A program made the translations under genes and the position numbers. A stretch of 64,000 nt of DNA from Octopus bimaculoides (Eukaryota). Each line of letters begins with the position of its first letter. Within the stretch, counting starts at the first letter, position 1. The DNA lies in assembly GCF_001194135.2 (NCBI RefSeq), contig NC_068989.1:77581163-77645162 (forward strand). Reading direction: 5' to 3'. The notes below the pieces were generated by a model. The model had not been told where the DNA came from, made no database searches, and saw nothing but the letters and a program-made list of their open reading frames with translations. This document shows, in pieces, positions 52,924-64,000 of this stretch.

Positions 52924-53142
52924 TACACATACATACATGCATATAAAATAATAATAATAATAATAACAACAACAACAACAACAAAACTGGTTAAGGTCGT
53001 TGAAAAGATATGCATCTGGTAGGGTTGGATAAACAATTATACATCGTTTGTTATTATTCATATATGTGTGTAAGTGTGCATATATATATATATTCTTTTA
53101 CTTGTTTCTTTCATTTCCGTCTGTCAAATCCACTAACAAGGC

Positions 53143-53173
<31 letters not shown>

Positions 53174-53643
53174 GTGAGTTGAAAAATGTACTGATAATTG
53201 TTAGAATATTTTTTGTTAACGTCTTTAAAGTTACCCGGTTTTACAGTTTACACTCATTTTCTAAATGTTCAGACAAAAAAACGTGGCTTATGTCGCAGCT
53301 GTCTTGCTTCTGAATAGTGTTTCAAGCTTGCCCTATTTTTATTGAGAGTTCATAGCTCAAGTCAGAATTTGTTTGAATAGGACTTGATTGTAGGGGATAG
53401 TCACGTAACTGGACTTAGAAATTTCTTGTAGGTTCTTCACTACGTCTGTGTGTTAGTATCAAGTGACAATATTTAGCGTCGTAAGTTAAGCTGACACGGC
53501 TGACAGAGCAGAATATACTTGACCAAAAAACAAAAAAAAAAACTACTTGGCCATAAAAAAAAGACTACAGTTTCTTTATCAAAATAGAGCGATGTCACCA
53601 AACGTAATTACCCATCAAAACCTGTTCCTATGTACAGGGAACT

Positions 53644-54047
53644 GGTACTTTTTGGTTATCTCACCCCTATTAAAAAATTGGGCTATCTCTCTGGTTTTAT
53701 GAAAAATATCGGTACTGTGGTTATCTCCCTTATGTAAAGAAATTGTTTAACCCTTTATATAAAAAAAATGAATGAAAAAAAACAATGAATACGAAAACTG
53801 AAAAAAATAATAAGCACGAAAACTAGAAATATTATTCATGATATTGAATTTAGTAACATTTGTATAACAAATTGTACCATGCTTATTGAGGAGGTCAAAA
53901 TTCAACAGCATGTTGAATTATTGAATCAAAAGGTTCTAACACTATTAATTCAACTTCTTGTCTCAACAACCTCAATTTTTTAGTGGGGAGGTAATCCAAT
54001 TTTTTAATGGTAATTTTTTGATGGGTGTGAGATAAACAAAAAGTACC
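53644..54047. mobile_element. ~400-bp MITE-like unit with 21-bp TIRs; further copies at 58083-58441 (inverted) and 58561-58935
   Basis: ggtactttttggttatctcac / gtgagataaacaaaaagtacc. Confidence 0.65.
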
Positions 54048-54996
54048 TAGGAAATCAACGAAGCAACCAACCTATCTATATACCTATTTATATGAGAAAC
54101 CCGGAACAATGTGGTTGGTGAGCAAGCTTCTTACCATGTAGCGGTGAATCTACAAACAATTTCTAAGTCCAGTTAAGTGACTATACTCGACAATCAAGTC
54201 CGTTCACACAAATACAGATTTGAGCAATGAACTGTTAGTACAAATTGGACAAGCTTGAAACACTAGTCAGAAGCAAGACAGCTGCGAAATAAGCTACGCC
54301 TTTGGTGTCGTAAGTTAAGGCTGACACAGTTGACTGGCCATGATGAAACAATCAGTGCTCTGATCATTTTCTGTCAAGTGTCTGTAGAGGATCACCACGT
54401 GCTTAAGTTTACAACCATTTGTATACTTCCCGCTAATTCAATGCGTTAGTGTCACGTAAGAGTATATAAGTTGAAAATGCACTGAGAATAGTTATAATAT
54501 ATTTTGTTACCATATTTAAAGTTACCCGGTTTTACAGTTTACACTGATTTTCAAAATGTTCAAATAGAAAGACTTATGTCGCAGCTGTCTTGTTTCTGAC
54601 GAGTGTTTCAAGCTTGCTCTATTTTTTTTTGAGAGTTCATAGCTCAAATCAGTATTTGTTTGAATAGGACTTGATTGCAGATGTAAATCACATAACTGGT
54701 CGTAGAAATTTATTGTAGGCTCCCCACTACGTTCGTGTGTTTGTAACAAGTGACAATATTTGGCGTTGTAATTTAAGGCTGACACAGTTGACAGAGCATG
54801 ATGAAACAATCAGTGCTCTGAACGTTTTCTGTTAAGTGTTTGTACAGAATGAACACATGATTAGGTTTATAACCATGTATACGCTTCCCGTTACGTCCGT
54901 GAGTTAGTGTCAGGTAACAGTATATTTTACGCCTAAAAAAGGATGCCGGCACGGTGTAATTTGCCTGGTGAAATACAGGACATAAACCCGAAATAC

Positions 54997-55390
54997 CAAA
55001 TCATCCCTTTCTATCAATGCAATAGAAGCACTTGAACCCAATTCCGATTCTATAAGGAAACCATTCATTAAAAAATATAAACTGCAACTAAATATCCTCT
55101 TATAATACACTAGAAAGAAGAAAAACTCAATTTCTCTAGAAAAAGCAAACAGATACAATAGATATAATTGGAAAACTTTAGTAAGTCTTACTGCCGGGTT
55201 TCGAAACCGCAAACCAAATCACTATGCAATAAAACCATACACAAATCATCCCTCTCTATCAATGCACTTCAACCCAATTTCGATTGAATCAGGAAGGCAT
55301 TCATTAAAATATGTAAACCGCAACTAAATATCCTTTAATAACACACTAGAAAGAAGAAAGATCTCCTCTACAATAAAGGCCTATTCAAAC
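54997..55390 (+). repeat. Tandem duplication, ~245-bp period
   Basis: aaatcatccct.tctatcaatgca...aacccaatt.cgatt...caactaaatatcct...acactagaaagaagaaa twice. Confidence 0.75.
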
Positions 55391-56109
55391 ACATACTGAT
55401 TTGAGCTATGACCTCTCAATAGAATTAGCGCAAGCTTGAATCACTAGTCAGAAGTCAGACAGCTGCGACATAAGCCACGTCTTTGGCGTCGTGAGTTAAG
55501 GCTGACAGTTGACTGAGCATGTTGAAACAATCACTAGTTTTAAAGTTTTCTGTCAAGCGTTTGTAGAGAATGAACACATACTTAAGTTTATAACAATTTG
55601 TACGCTTCCTGCTACGTCCGTGCGTTAGTGTCACCTGGCCGTATATAAGTTGAAAATGCACTAAGAATAGTTAAGATAATTTTGTTACAATATTTAAAGT
55701 TACTCGGTTTTAAAGTTTACACTGATTTTCAAAATGCTTTTGAATTTCTTTTATTAGGCACAAAACCTCTCATAAAGATAGAGAAAATAATACAGTGGGG
55801 TACACAAAAACGGATGGAATTATGAATAAATCATAAATGAGATGAAATCTCTTACCTGCCCCCACCCCACAAGCAGGCAGTTTCATTTTACTGTTTATCT
55901 ATATCGCTTAACTTTCAGTTCAATTTTCTGTTTTGTATCTTTTTTCACTCTTTTTTATTTTCAAAAAAAGTCACTAGTAATTTTTTAAAAAATTACTTAC
56001 TTTCTTTTACAATAAAAACTGCATTAAATCCTCAAATGCCACCACTGGTGGAATCTCGTCTTATCGAACCTGTAACGGCGTTATTTCAATTTTTTCACCA
56101 AATAGTGTC

Positions 56110-56875
56110 TTTAACCTTTCACCTCTCTCTCTAGCAAGACCGCCCTACCGTCCTCGGTACACTGCCTCCCGGACAACTTGGCTCTAATTGCATTTTTCAT
56201 TTTTGTAACCTTTCTCTCGATCTCTACACACTTTTTGTAGTTTATCATCGTTCGAATGTCTTTACCTTTTGGTACCAACTCCAGGTATTGGTGTCCCATA
56301 TTTCTCTGTATCTCTCTTACTCTTTGTTGTTGCTATCTCTCTTCTCTCTCCTCCGTAATTTTCCTTTTGGCATCTCTGGTCTTTCGCATTGTTTCTCCTC
56401 TGTTTTCTTTTGTCTTTTTCTGTGGACTTTTGGGTGGTGAATTAGCGTTTTCTTCTCTTTTCTTCTTTCTTATTCTACTGTATACTTTTCCCCTACATTT
56501 TCTAACTTTTACTTTGCTTGCATTTGTAATTCCGCTCTTTGTTCCTCTTCCTGCTGCTCTTGTTCTACTTCCTTTTCTTGCTGCTGGCGACACCTTGCTT
56601 TTATATCTCCCCGTACCCCACACTGAACACCTATGGGAGGTCACCCCTCCTCTACAACTCTTAGCCTCGTCTCGTCCGGTAACACTTATTCCTCTGCAGT
56701 TTTGTGGAGTTCTGGTAAAATGATGTCGACCGTCACCTCAAGGCCGCACTCCTACCAGTTCACCTCCGCTGTTCTTGTAATTTTGAAGATTTTTAGTTTC
56801 CTCCTCTGTGTTGTAGAGGATGGCTGCCACCAGCAATGCCTCGTCAATCTCTGGGGGCACTCCTTTTGCTTTTGA
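56110..56875 (-). pseudogene. Non-LTR retrotransposon ORF1 (gag-like) relic with degenerate zinc knuckle
   Basis: GVPPEIDEALLVAAILYN, ITRTAEVNW*..LEVTV, RLRVVEEG*PPIGVQCGVRGDIKARC (decayed CX2CX4HX4C), then a Lys/Glu/Arg-rich tail. Confidence 0.6.
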
Positions 56876-56879
56876 AATT

Positions 56880-57150
56880 GATTAAATGATAGGGGTAGAT
56901 AATATAAAAAATGATCGGCGAATAAAATAAAAAGAATGGAATACTGAAAGTTCGGTCATACTGAGTTATTATAGCATTAGTGGACAAGACAAAGAAAGAG
57001 AAGAAGAGAATAAAAAAGAGTGTGTTTTAGACTTTCAGTCATCTTGTGTGTAGTTCTGTATTCTATTGCGTACAAGGCTTTTCGCTTTTAACGAAGTGTT
57101 TTGGAATCAGAGACTATCTTCTGAAAGGATATGTGAAAGGATATAATATG
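56880..57150 (+). repeat. Extra direct copy of part of the foldback left arm
   Basis: gtagataatat.aaaaa.gatcggcg...gttcggtcatac and ttttcgcttttaacgaagtgttttgga...tatcttctgaa shared with 57465-57935. Confidence 0.75.
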
Positions 57151-57366
57151 CGTAACTGCATGGTAAGTAGCTTGCTTACCAACCACATTGTTCCGGGTTG
57201 TGATATATATATGTTAGGAAGGTGCGTATTTCTACGCAGGAGAAAATATAGGAGAATTTGTTTTTGAAAAGGTATCAGAATTTGAAAAAACTTGTTTTTA
57301 AATAAATTTATTTACATACATCCCAAACTAGTTTAAACATCTTTTTTTTTTTTTTGTTCATGAAGG

Positions 57367-59393
57367 GTGCAAATATTTATGAACAATTTTATTCTAACAG
57401 AATTGAAAATTAGGATGTAGAATACATTTTTAGATGATTAAATGTTCACAAAATTCAATGACAGGAGTAGATAATATCAAAAACGATCGGCGCATAATAT
57501 AAAAATTATAGATTACTAACGTTCGGTCATACGGAGCTATTTTACAGGGAGTCCACAAAGTCTGGCTACATGAAGTAAAAAAAAATTATAACATAAACAG
57601 TTACATATAAGAAATAAAAAAAAATCTTAAAGTATGGGTTAATCTCCATGTGGGTACGTGGAGTAAATAAAATCATTACATAAACAATTAAATATAAGAA
57701 ATAATAATTTCTTAAAGTATGTGTTAATCCCCATGTACCCAAACTTTGTGGACACCCTGTAGAATACATGGACATGATAGAGAAAGGAAAGAAGAAAATA
57801 ATGATTTTTTTTTTTTACAGTTTCTGTCGACTTGCGTATAGGTCTTCATGCCGTCGCGTACAGGGTTTTTCGCTTTTAACGAAGTGTTTTGGAGTGAGAG
57901 AATATCTTCTGAAGGCATATGTGAAAGGATCTAATATGTGATTCGTGATAATTCCGATGACGTCTTATTCTTTCTTTTGGATGTTTTTAATCAAAAAATT
58001 GATTGCGTTTTGGCATTAGTGTTTTGAATGGCTTGTTGGTCAATTTGTCTCTTGGTTGGTTGATTGCTTGGTTGTTTCCCTGGGTACTTTTTGGTTATCT
58101 CACACACATTAAAAAATTACCATTAAAAAATTGGGTTACCTCCACACTAAACAATCGAGCATGTGGCGACAAGACATTGAATTAATAGTGTTAGATCCTT
58201 TTCATTCTATTCTTCAACATGTTGTTGACGTTTGGACTCCTCAATAGGCATGGTATAATTTGTTATAAAAATGTTATTAGATTCAATTGCATGAATAACT
58301 TTTTTCAGTTTTCGTTGTTATTTATTATTTCAGTGTTAATGTTCATTGTTTTTTTTCATTTTTTGTTTATGTTTTATTAATTGTTAAACAATTTATTTAG
58401 GTGGGTGAGATAACCGAAAGGACTGATATTTTTCATAAAACATGAGAACCAAACAGAACACCAAGCTTGACCAAAAAATAGGCAGGTTTTTTTTATCAAA
58501 ATAAAGTGACGTCACGAAACGTAATTACTCATCAAAACCTGTTCCTATGTACAGGGAACCGGTAATTTTTGGTTATCTCACCCCTATTAAAAACTGGGTT
58601 AACACCCCCAGTTGACTGAAAAATATCCGTACTTTTATTTATCACCCCCACCTAATGAAACTGTTTAACCCTTAATAAAACAAAAGAAAAAATGAAGAAA
58701 TTCAATATACATGAAAACTGAAAAAATTAATAAAGACGAAAATTGAAAAGAAAAAATTTTTGTTATTGAATCTAATAACATTTTTATATCAAATCATACA
58801 ATACTTATAAAGGAGGTCAAATGTCAACAGCATGTTGAAGTATTGAATCAAGAGGATCTAACACTTTTAATTCAATCTTGTCTCCACAAACTCAATTTTT
58901 TAGTGGGGAGGTAACCTAATTTTTTAATGGTAACCGGCCAAACGAGCAACAAACCAACGGATACGCTAAAGTCAAAACAAAATCTATTTTTTGATCAAAA
59001 ACAGCCACCACAAAGAATAAGACATCATCAGAATTATAACGAGTCACATATTACATGCTTTCACGTATTCGTTCAGAAGATATTTTCTGATTTCAAAACA
59101 CTCCGTTAAAGACTAAAACCCATGTACGCGATCGAATAAAGAACTACATGCAAGTAAAAAAAAAAATCTCCCTTTTTTATTCTCTTTATTTCTTTCGCTA
59201 TCTTGTCCACATATTCTATAATAACTGAGTATGACTGAATATTTAGTAATCCGCATTCTCTATATTATTCGCTGATCATTTTTGATATTATCTACCCCTG
59301 TGAAAATTTTGTGTGCATTTAATCAATTAAAGTGTTTTCTTCTTCATAATTTTAAATTCTTTTAAAATAAAATTGCTTTATAAACATTTGTAC
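57367..59393. repeat. ~2-kb imperfect palindrome (foldback): arms 57367-58441 and 58611-59393
   Basis: Arms are collinear reverse complements, e.g. gtagataatatcaaaaa/tttttgatattatctac, gatattttcataaaac-type/gaaaaatatc, acgaagtgttttgga/aaaacactccgt. Confidence 0.8.
57545..57759. mobile_element. Tc1/mariner-type MITE with TA TSD and internal ~88-bp tandem duplication, inserted in the left foldback arm
   Basis: TA-cagggagtccacaaagtctgg...cccaaactttgtggacaccctg-TA; absent from the right arm and from the 56880 copy. Confidence 0.85.
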
Positions 59394-60849
59394 TATTGAT
59401 ACACACAANNNNNNNNNNNNNNNNNNNNNNNNNNNNNNNNNNNNNNNNNNNNNNNNNNNNNNNNNNNNNNNNNNNNNNNNNNNNNNNNNNNNNNNNNNNN
59501 NNNNNNNNNNNNNNNNNNNNNNNNNNNNNNNNNNNNNNNNNNNNNNNNNNNNNNNNNNNNNNNNNNNNNNNNNNNNNNNNNNNNNNNNNNNNNNNNNNNN
59601 NNNNNNNNNNNNNNNNNNNNNNNNNNNNNNNNNNNNNNNNNNNNNNNNNNNNNNNNNNNNNNNNNNNNNNNNNNNNNNNNNNNNNNNNNNNNNNNNNNNN
59701 NNNNNNNNNNNNNNNNNNNNNNNNNNNNNNNNNNNNNNNNNNNNNNNNNNNNNNNNNNNNNNNNNNNNNNNNNNNNNNNNNNNNNNNNNNNNNNNNNNNN
59801 NNNNNNNNNNNNNNNNNNNNNNNNNNNNNNNNNNNNNNNNNNNNNNNNNNNNNNNNNNNNNNNNNNNNNNNNNNNNNNNNNNNNNNNNNNNNNNNNNNNN
59901 NNNNNNNNNNNNNNNNNNNNNNNNNNNNNNNNNNNNNNNNNNNNNNNNNNNNNNNNNNNNNNNNNNNNNNNNNNNNNNNNNNNNNNNNNNNNNNNNNNNN
60001 NNNNNNNNNNNNNNNNNNNNNNNNNNNNNNNNNNNNNNNNNNNNNCACACATAAACACTCCAGTGCCCATCTGCCACTCATTCAAAGAGGGAGAGAGAGA
60101 GAGAGAATAATGCATATATTGTGTTGGTAATTTTTCAAGCAAAACTCGTCAAATACTGAATCTCGTACGTAAAAACAGGAAAGGGTGGAGATAAAAAAAA
60201 ATTTAACGAAACGAAATGAAACTAGATAGTCAATGGGACAAAGAATTGCGAGCCGAGTAATTTCGGGTCATGAACTAAAATCTGTTGTTAACGTTTTCTG
60301 CAGTATTGTATGGGAGGATTTAATTTAACTGAGGTAACCAAACTACTTACAATATACCAGTTTCGTTCTTTCTATTTTTATGATCTTGTAATTCTGGGAA
60401 AAAAAAAGCTTATTTTCTATATCGTCGATTATATGAAATCCAGTTTTTATTTCAAACTGGTATTTTAAGTTACTTGACAACACTGGTTTTGGGGCCACAT
60501 ACACAGGCGTATTTGAATATAAAAATATTTACGGTGGGTCGACGCAATTCAAAGCCAAATAGGAAATAATTCACCGTCACTAAAAAGTGATGAAGGGTGC
60601 TAGAAAAAAGAGTCAAAGACTTTTTAGTCACAAAAGCACATGTTCTATTCACTGACAGAAGAGGCAACTTCACTACAGCAAAGGGAAAAAGTATATCCTA
60701 TATTCACACGCTGATATATGACCTACGTTGGACCCCTTATTCGCATAACTACCGAACCTGGAGTTTAACTGTGGTCTATAAATAGCACTTACTCAGCATT
60801 ACCTGAAACCTCTGGGTCTAATTGACACCATTATCGCTCATAACCCCCC

Positions 60850-60880
<31 letters not shown>

Positions 60881-61384
60881 CTGTATATATATTTGTATAT
60901 ATAACACATATACATATATGAATATATATATATATATATATACATTATATATTTCATTTTTGTATATGGTTTGCAAGATTCTTTATGTGAATTCGTGTGT
61001 TGAAGCATATTGTATTGTTTTTAGGGAGAGTCATTCTCTTTCTGTGCCTTTTTAATTTAACACACTCACGGTCTGATTTCCACTCGCTTACTTGTTATTT
61101 TTTACTAAAATTTTCATTGCGACTTGCAACCTCTTCTATAGTAGTTGATTCTGTCCGTTATTGGAATTGCATTCTTTTTTCATTTTTCTATGTTTGGACG
61201 CATACATATATGTATGTATGTGTGTATGTATGTATGTATGTATGTATGTATGTATGTATGTGCAAGTATGCGTGCGTTTATGCATATATAAATTTATGCA
61301 TATGTGCTCATTTGTATGTACTCTGCCTGTATGTGTGTGCATGCATATATATATGTCTGCATGTATGCACGTTTGTATGTATGT

Positions 61385-62480
61385 ATTCTGGTTTACTTTA
61401 CTGTTTGGTATGTAGATGACATCAACATTCTCGCTAGGACAAACTCTGGTAACTGCAATGTAGAAACCGAGAGGAGGATAATGGGGAGCATCCAACATCT
61501 TGGTAACTCCATCTACCAAAGTATGAAGGTAACTATAGATTACCCTACTAGGCACCCTAACAATAGACTCCCTGTTCTTGGTACTGAATTTTGGTTAGAG
61601 ACTGTGAATAGCAGAGTTCAGCTCCTCCACTCCTATTACATGAAACCTATAGCTTCTAAATAGGCTGCTCACAAGTGTGAAAATCGACATACTGATAGCT
61701 GACCTAGTTAAGATAATGAACAAAGAATCCAACCCTATCCGAACTCTATGAAACAAAGAAATATCTACAGAACTCCATGCACTGCATGCAATTCTCTGGA
61801 TATGAACAGAAAGATGGAGTTCGAGTATACAGGGGTGCTAGAAAGGAGTTAGCATTATACGTAATGGAACTAGTGGTACCTGCACTAGATATAGAAGTAA
61901 AAATTGGAATAGGATACAGAGAGTTTGTGACAAAGCAAACAGGGTGAACACGTGGTACAAGACCGACAAATATCAATGAGTGATGTTTGTAGAGGCCACA
62001 GCCCTTGGAGAAATAGCCCGTGCGTTTAGGAAACTCCGAAGGAGACTAAACCTAACATTAAGATCGTTAAAAAGCTAGGGAGCTCCATCAGATCCCAACT
62101 ATGTAGGATGTACCGCTTTGTGAATACCACATGCACCAATGATAACCGCATGATATGTAAAATTAACCCTGGCATTAACTGTAGAACTAGAAGTGTAGAC
62201 TACAGCATACGGTGCATAGATGGTGCTTGTAAAGACAAGAACACGGTATACATAGAGAATTGCGAAGGGACTAAATGAACATCTAAGACAATATGATGAT
62301 AAAAAGAAGAACACTTCTGTATACTTTACAACATGCCAAAGACCAACATAGAAGCACACTGGGTCAACTTGACACCCTCATTTTATCTAAGCATGCGAAG
62401 GACACAACACTCAGAAAAGTACAAGAGTACGTTCTCATTAATGAAACATACCCAAAACTAAATAGAAAATATACATAGAA
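61385..62480 (+). pseudogene. Penelope-like element relic 2 (RT C-terminus plus GIY-YIG endonuclease)
   Basis: YVDD (61409-61420), RLPVLGTEFW, LHSYYMKP, SVMFVEAT-like linker, C.T.SVDYSIRC...C...TVYIE, E...I...PKLNRK. Confidence 0.8.
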
Positions 62481-62529
62481 GACGTTGTACCCTTATACCC
62501 ACAGTTATATATACATAGACAGTGTTGTT

Positions 62530-63215
62530 AGTAGGCTGTTATGTAGGCGTGTGGGTGTCTCTGTGTGTGTAGATGTGCATGTATATGTATGCATATATAT
62601 ATATGTGTGTGTGTGTGTATGCATGTGTATATGTATATGTACGTAGATACGTATAAGGACAGATAGATATACAGTTAGGTACATATGTAGTATGGATAGA
62701 CGGGCACACACACATACACACACACTTATATATATATATACATACATACATACATACATACATAATGCCTACATACAAATGAAGACTGAGAGACATAACC
62801 ACATCCACACACGCACACTTCACACAAGGACACATGGAAACACACATCCACACATACATAGTCACTCAAACCGGTACACAGACACACTCACACATGCACA
62901 CAAAAGGAGACAGAGGTACACACACAAATACATCATACAGACACACATACAAACACAGAAACATAAACAGAAATACAAACACACAAGCACATGGATATGT
63001 AGAATACATACATACATGCACACTCACCCACATATACATACACGCATACATACATATGTGTATGTGTACGCACACACACATGCACACACACGCATGCGTA
63101 CAAACAAAAATACTATACATTTATACATACTGTATACGCACACACACACAGAAACATATATACTAATATACATGCATACATACAGACACAAATACATTAC
63201 ATATGCATTCACATA
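62530..63215. repeat. Degenerate CA/TA low-complexity tract
   Basis: Imperfect (CA)/(CATA)n; source of His/Thr-rich false ORFs. Confidence 0.85.
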
Positions 63216-64000
63216 TAATGTTAGAAGGTGAAAGTATATATTTCGCCATTCACCTTAACCTAGAGATTGTTAGAAAGGCTTATAAACAGATATTTCTATA
63301 ACACTTTCTACAACTTAAAAAGGTTGCTGTTGCGCAATTCCGTGGCGAGCCTTGATCAGGATGACTTAGGGTCATAGAAATTTTGTCACATTAAGATGCC
63401 ACGTACAAGCCACCAACGCACGATTATTGCTTTGTTGACACCAAAAATATCTTTCTATGACTATTAGGTCTTTTTCCTTGTCTCTTCTCGATCCACATCC
63501 TCCATCATCAATAACACTTGCATCTCATTATACCCTTATACATGTTTATATTTATATCACACCATTCTGTTATGTCAATATAACACATACACGCGATCAC
63601 ATGATCATGTCGTTAACAACCTAATCATTCACATTATCTCAGCCCGCTCCATTCTCGCCTTTATAAACAAACATACGTACTCCCACACAACTCCTGATGC
63701 GCGCAAATTCTCCACTTGTGTACACACAGGCGTACATATACTTAAATTGTCACACAAATACGATTTTATACACTCAAACACTCACGCAAACCTATAAATA
63801 AACACATTATTAGGTCTCCCACGTCAAGTCCTTCCCGGCATGCCCGACATCTGTCATCTAATATATTCATAATTCTCAACTAGAAACCACTAACTCTCGC
63901 CTACTTCGGTACGGCTATTATTTTCCTTACTGCTGTTTTTTCTATAAGTGTGTATTATAAGTGTATATACGAGTGTGTGTGTGTATATATATATATATAT

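Larger units (their letters stand above)
53224..55737. repeat. Modular array of segments A, B and C, with B present in both orientations
   Basis: A=tttaaagttacccggttttacag, B=cttatgtcgcagctgtc...gtgacaata, C=tttggcgtcgtaagttaaggctgaca...; order A-B-C / B(inv)-C-A-B-C / B(inv)-C-A. Confidence 0.75.

Noticed and set aside
56256-56723. Hydrophobic Leu/Phe-rich 155-aa ORF that looks like a membrane protein
   Set aside because: Antisense to the purine-rich LINE ORF1 relic; the composition follows from that.

Overview
AT-rich, repeat-saturated eukaryotic DNA from a draft assembly. There are 18 N-gaps, most flanked by (TA)n. The SINE families look like those of an octopus (coleoid cephalopod); this is an inference from recognising the repeats, not a database result. 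I find no securely identifiable host gene, rRNA, intact tRNA or CRISPR array, and nearly all listed ORFs are artefacts of microsatellites or N-runs. The window looks intronic or intergenic. It holds at least five tRNA-derived or other SINE families, several MITEs, and decayed autonomous elements: Tc1, mariner, a maT-like element, Ty3/gypsy (LTR-PBS-gag-protease), RTE, R4/Dong, a LINE ORF1 and two Penelope-like elements. Main observations: (1) a 308-bp-period element at 48.3-48.8 kb in which two minimal type I hammerhead ribozyme motifs flank a tRNA-like Pol III promoter, a retrozyme-like design that could yield a 308-nt RNA or circle; (2) a second repeat family (5.1-5.4 kb and 45.5-45.8 kb) with a non-canonical hammerhead-like motif whose helices differ in sequence between copies but largely keep their pairing; (3) a modular foldback complex at 53.2-59.4 kb with a ~2-kb imperfect palindrome and a module that flips orientation; (4) a candidate recursive splice site, and opposite strand biases in the two main SINE families. 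Coordinates of degenerate repeats were set by eye and are approximate.
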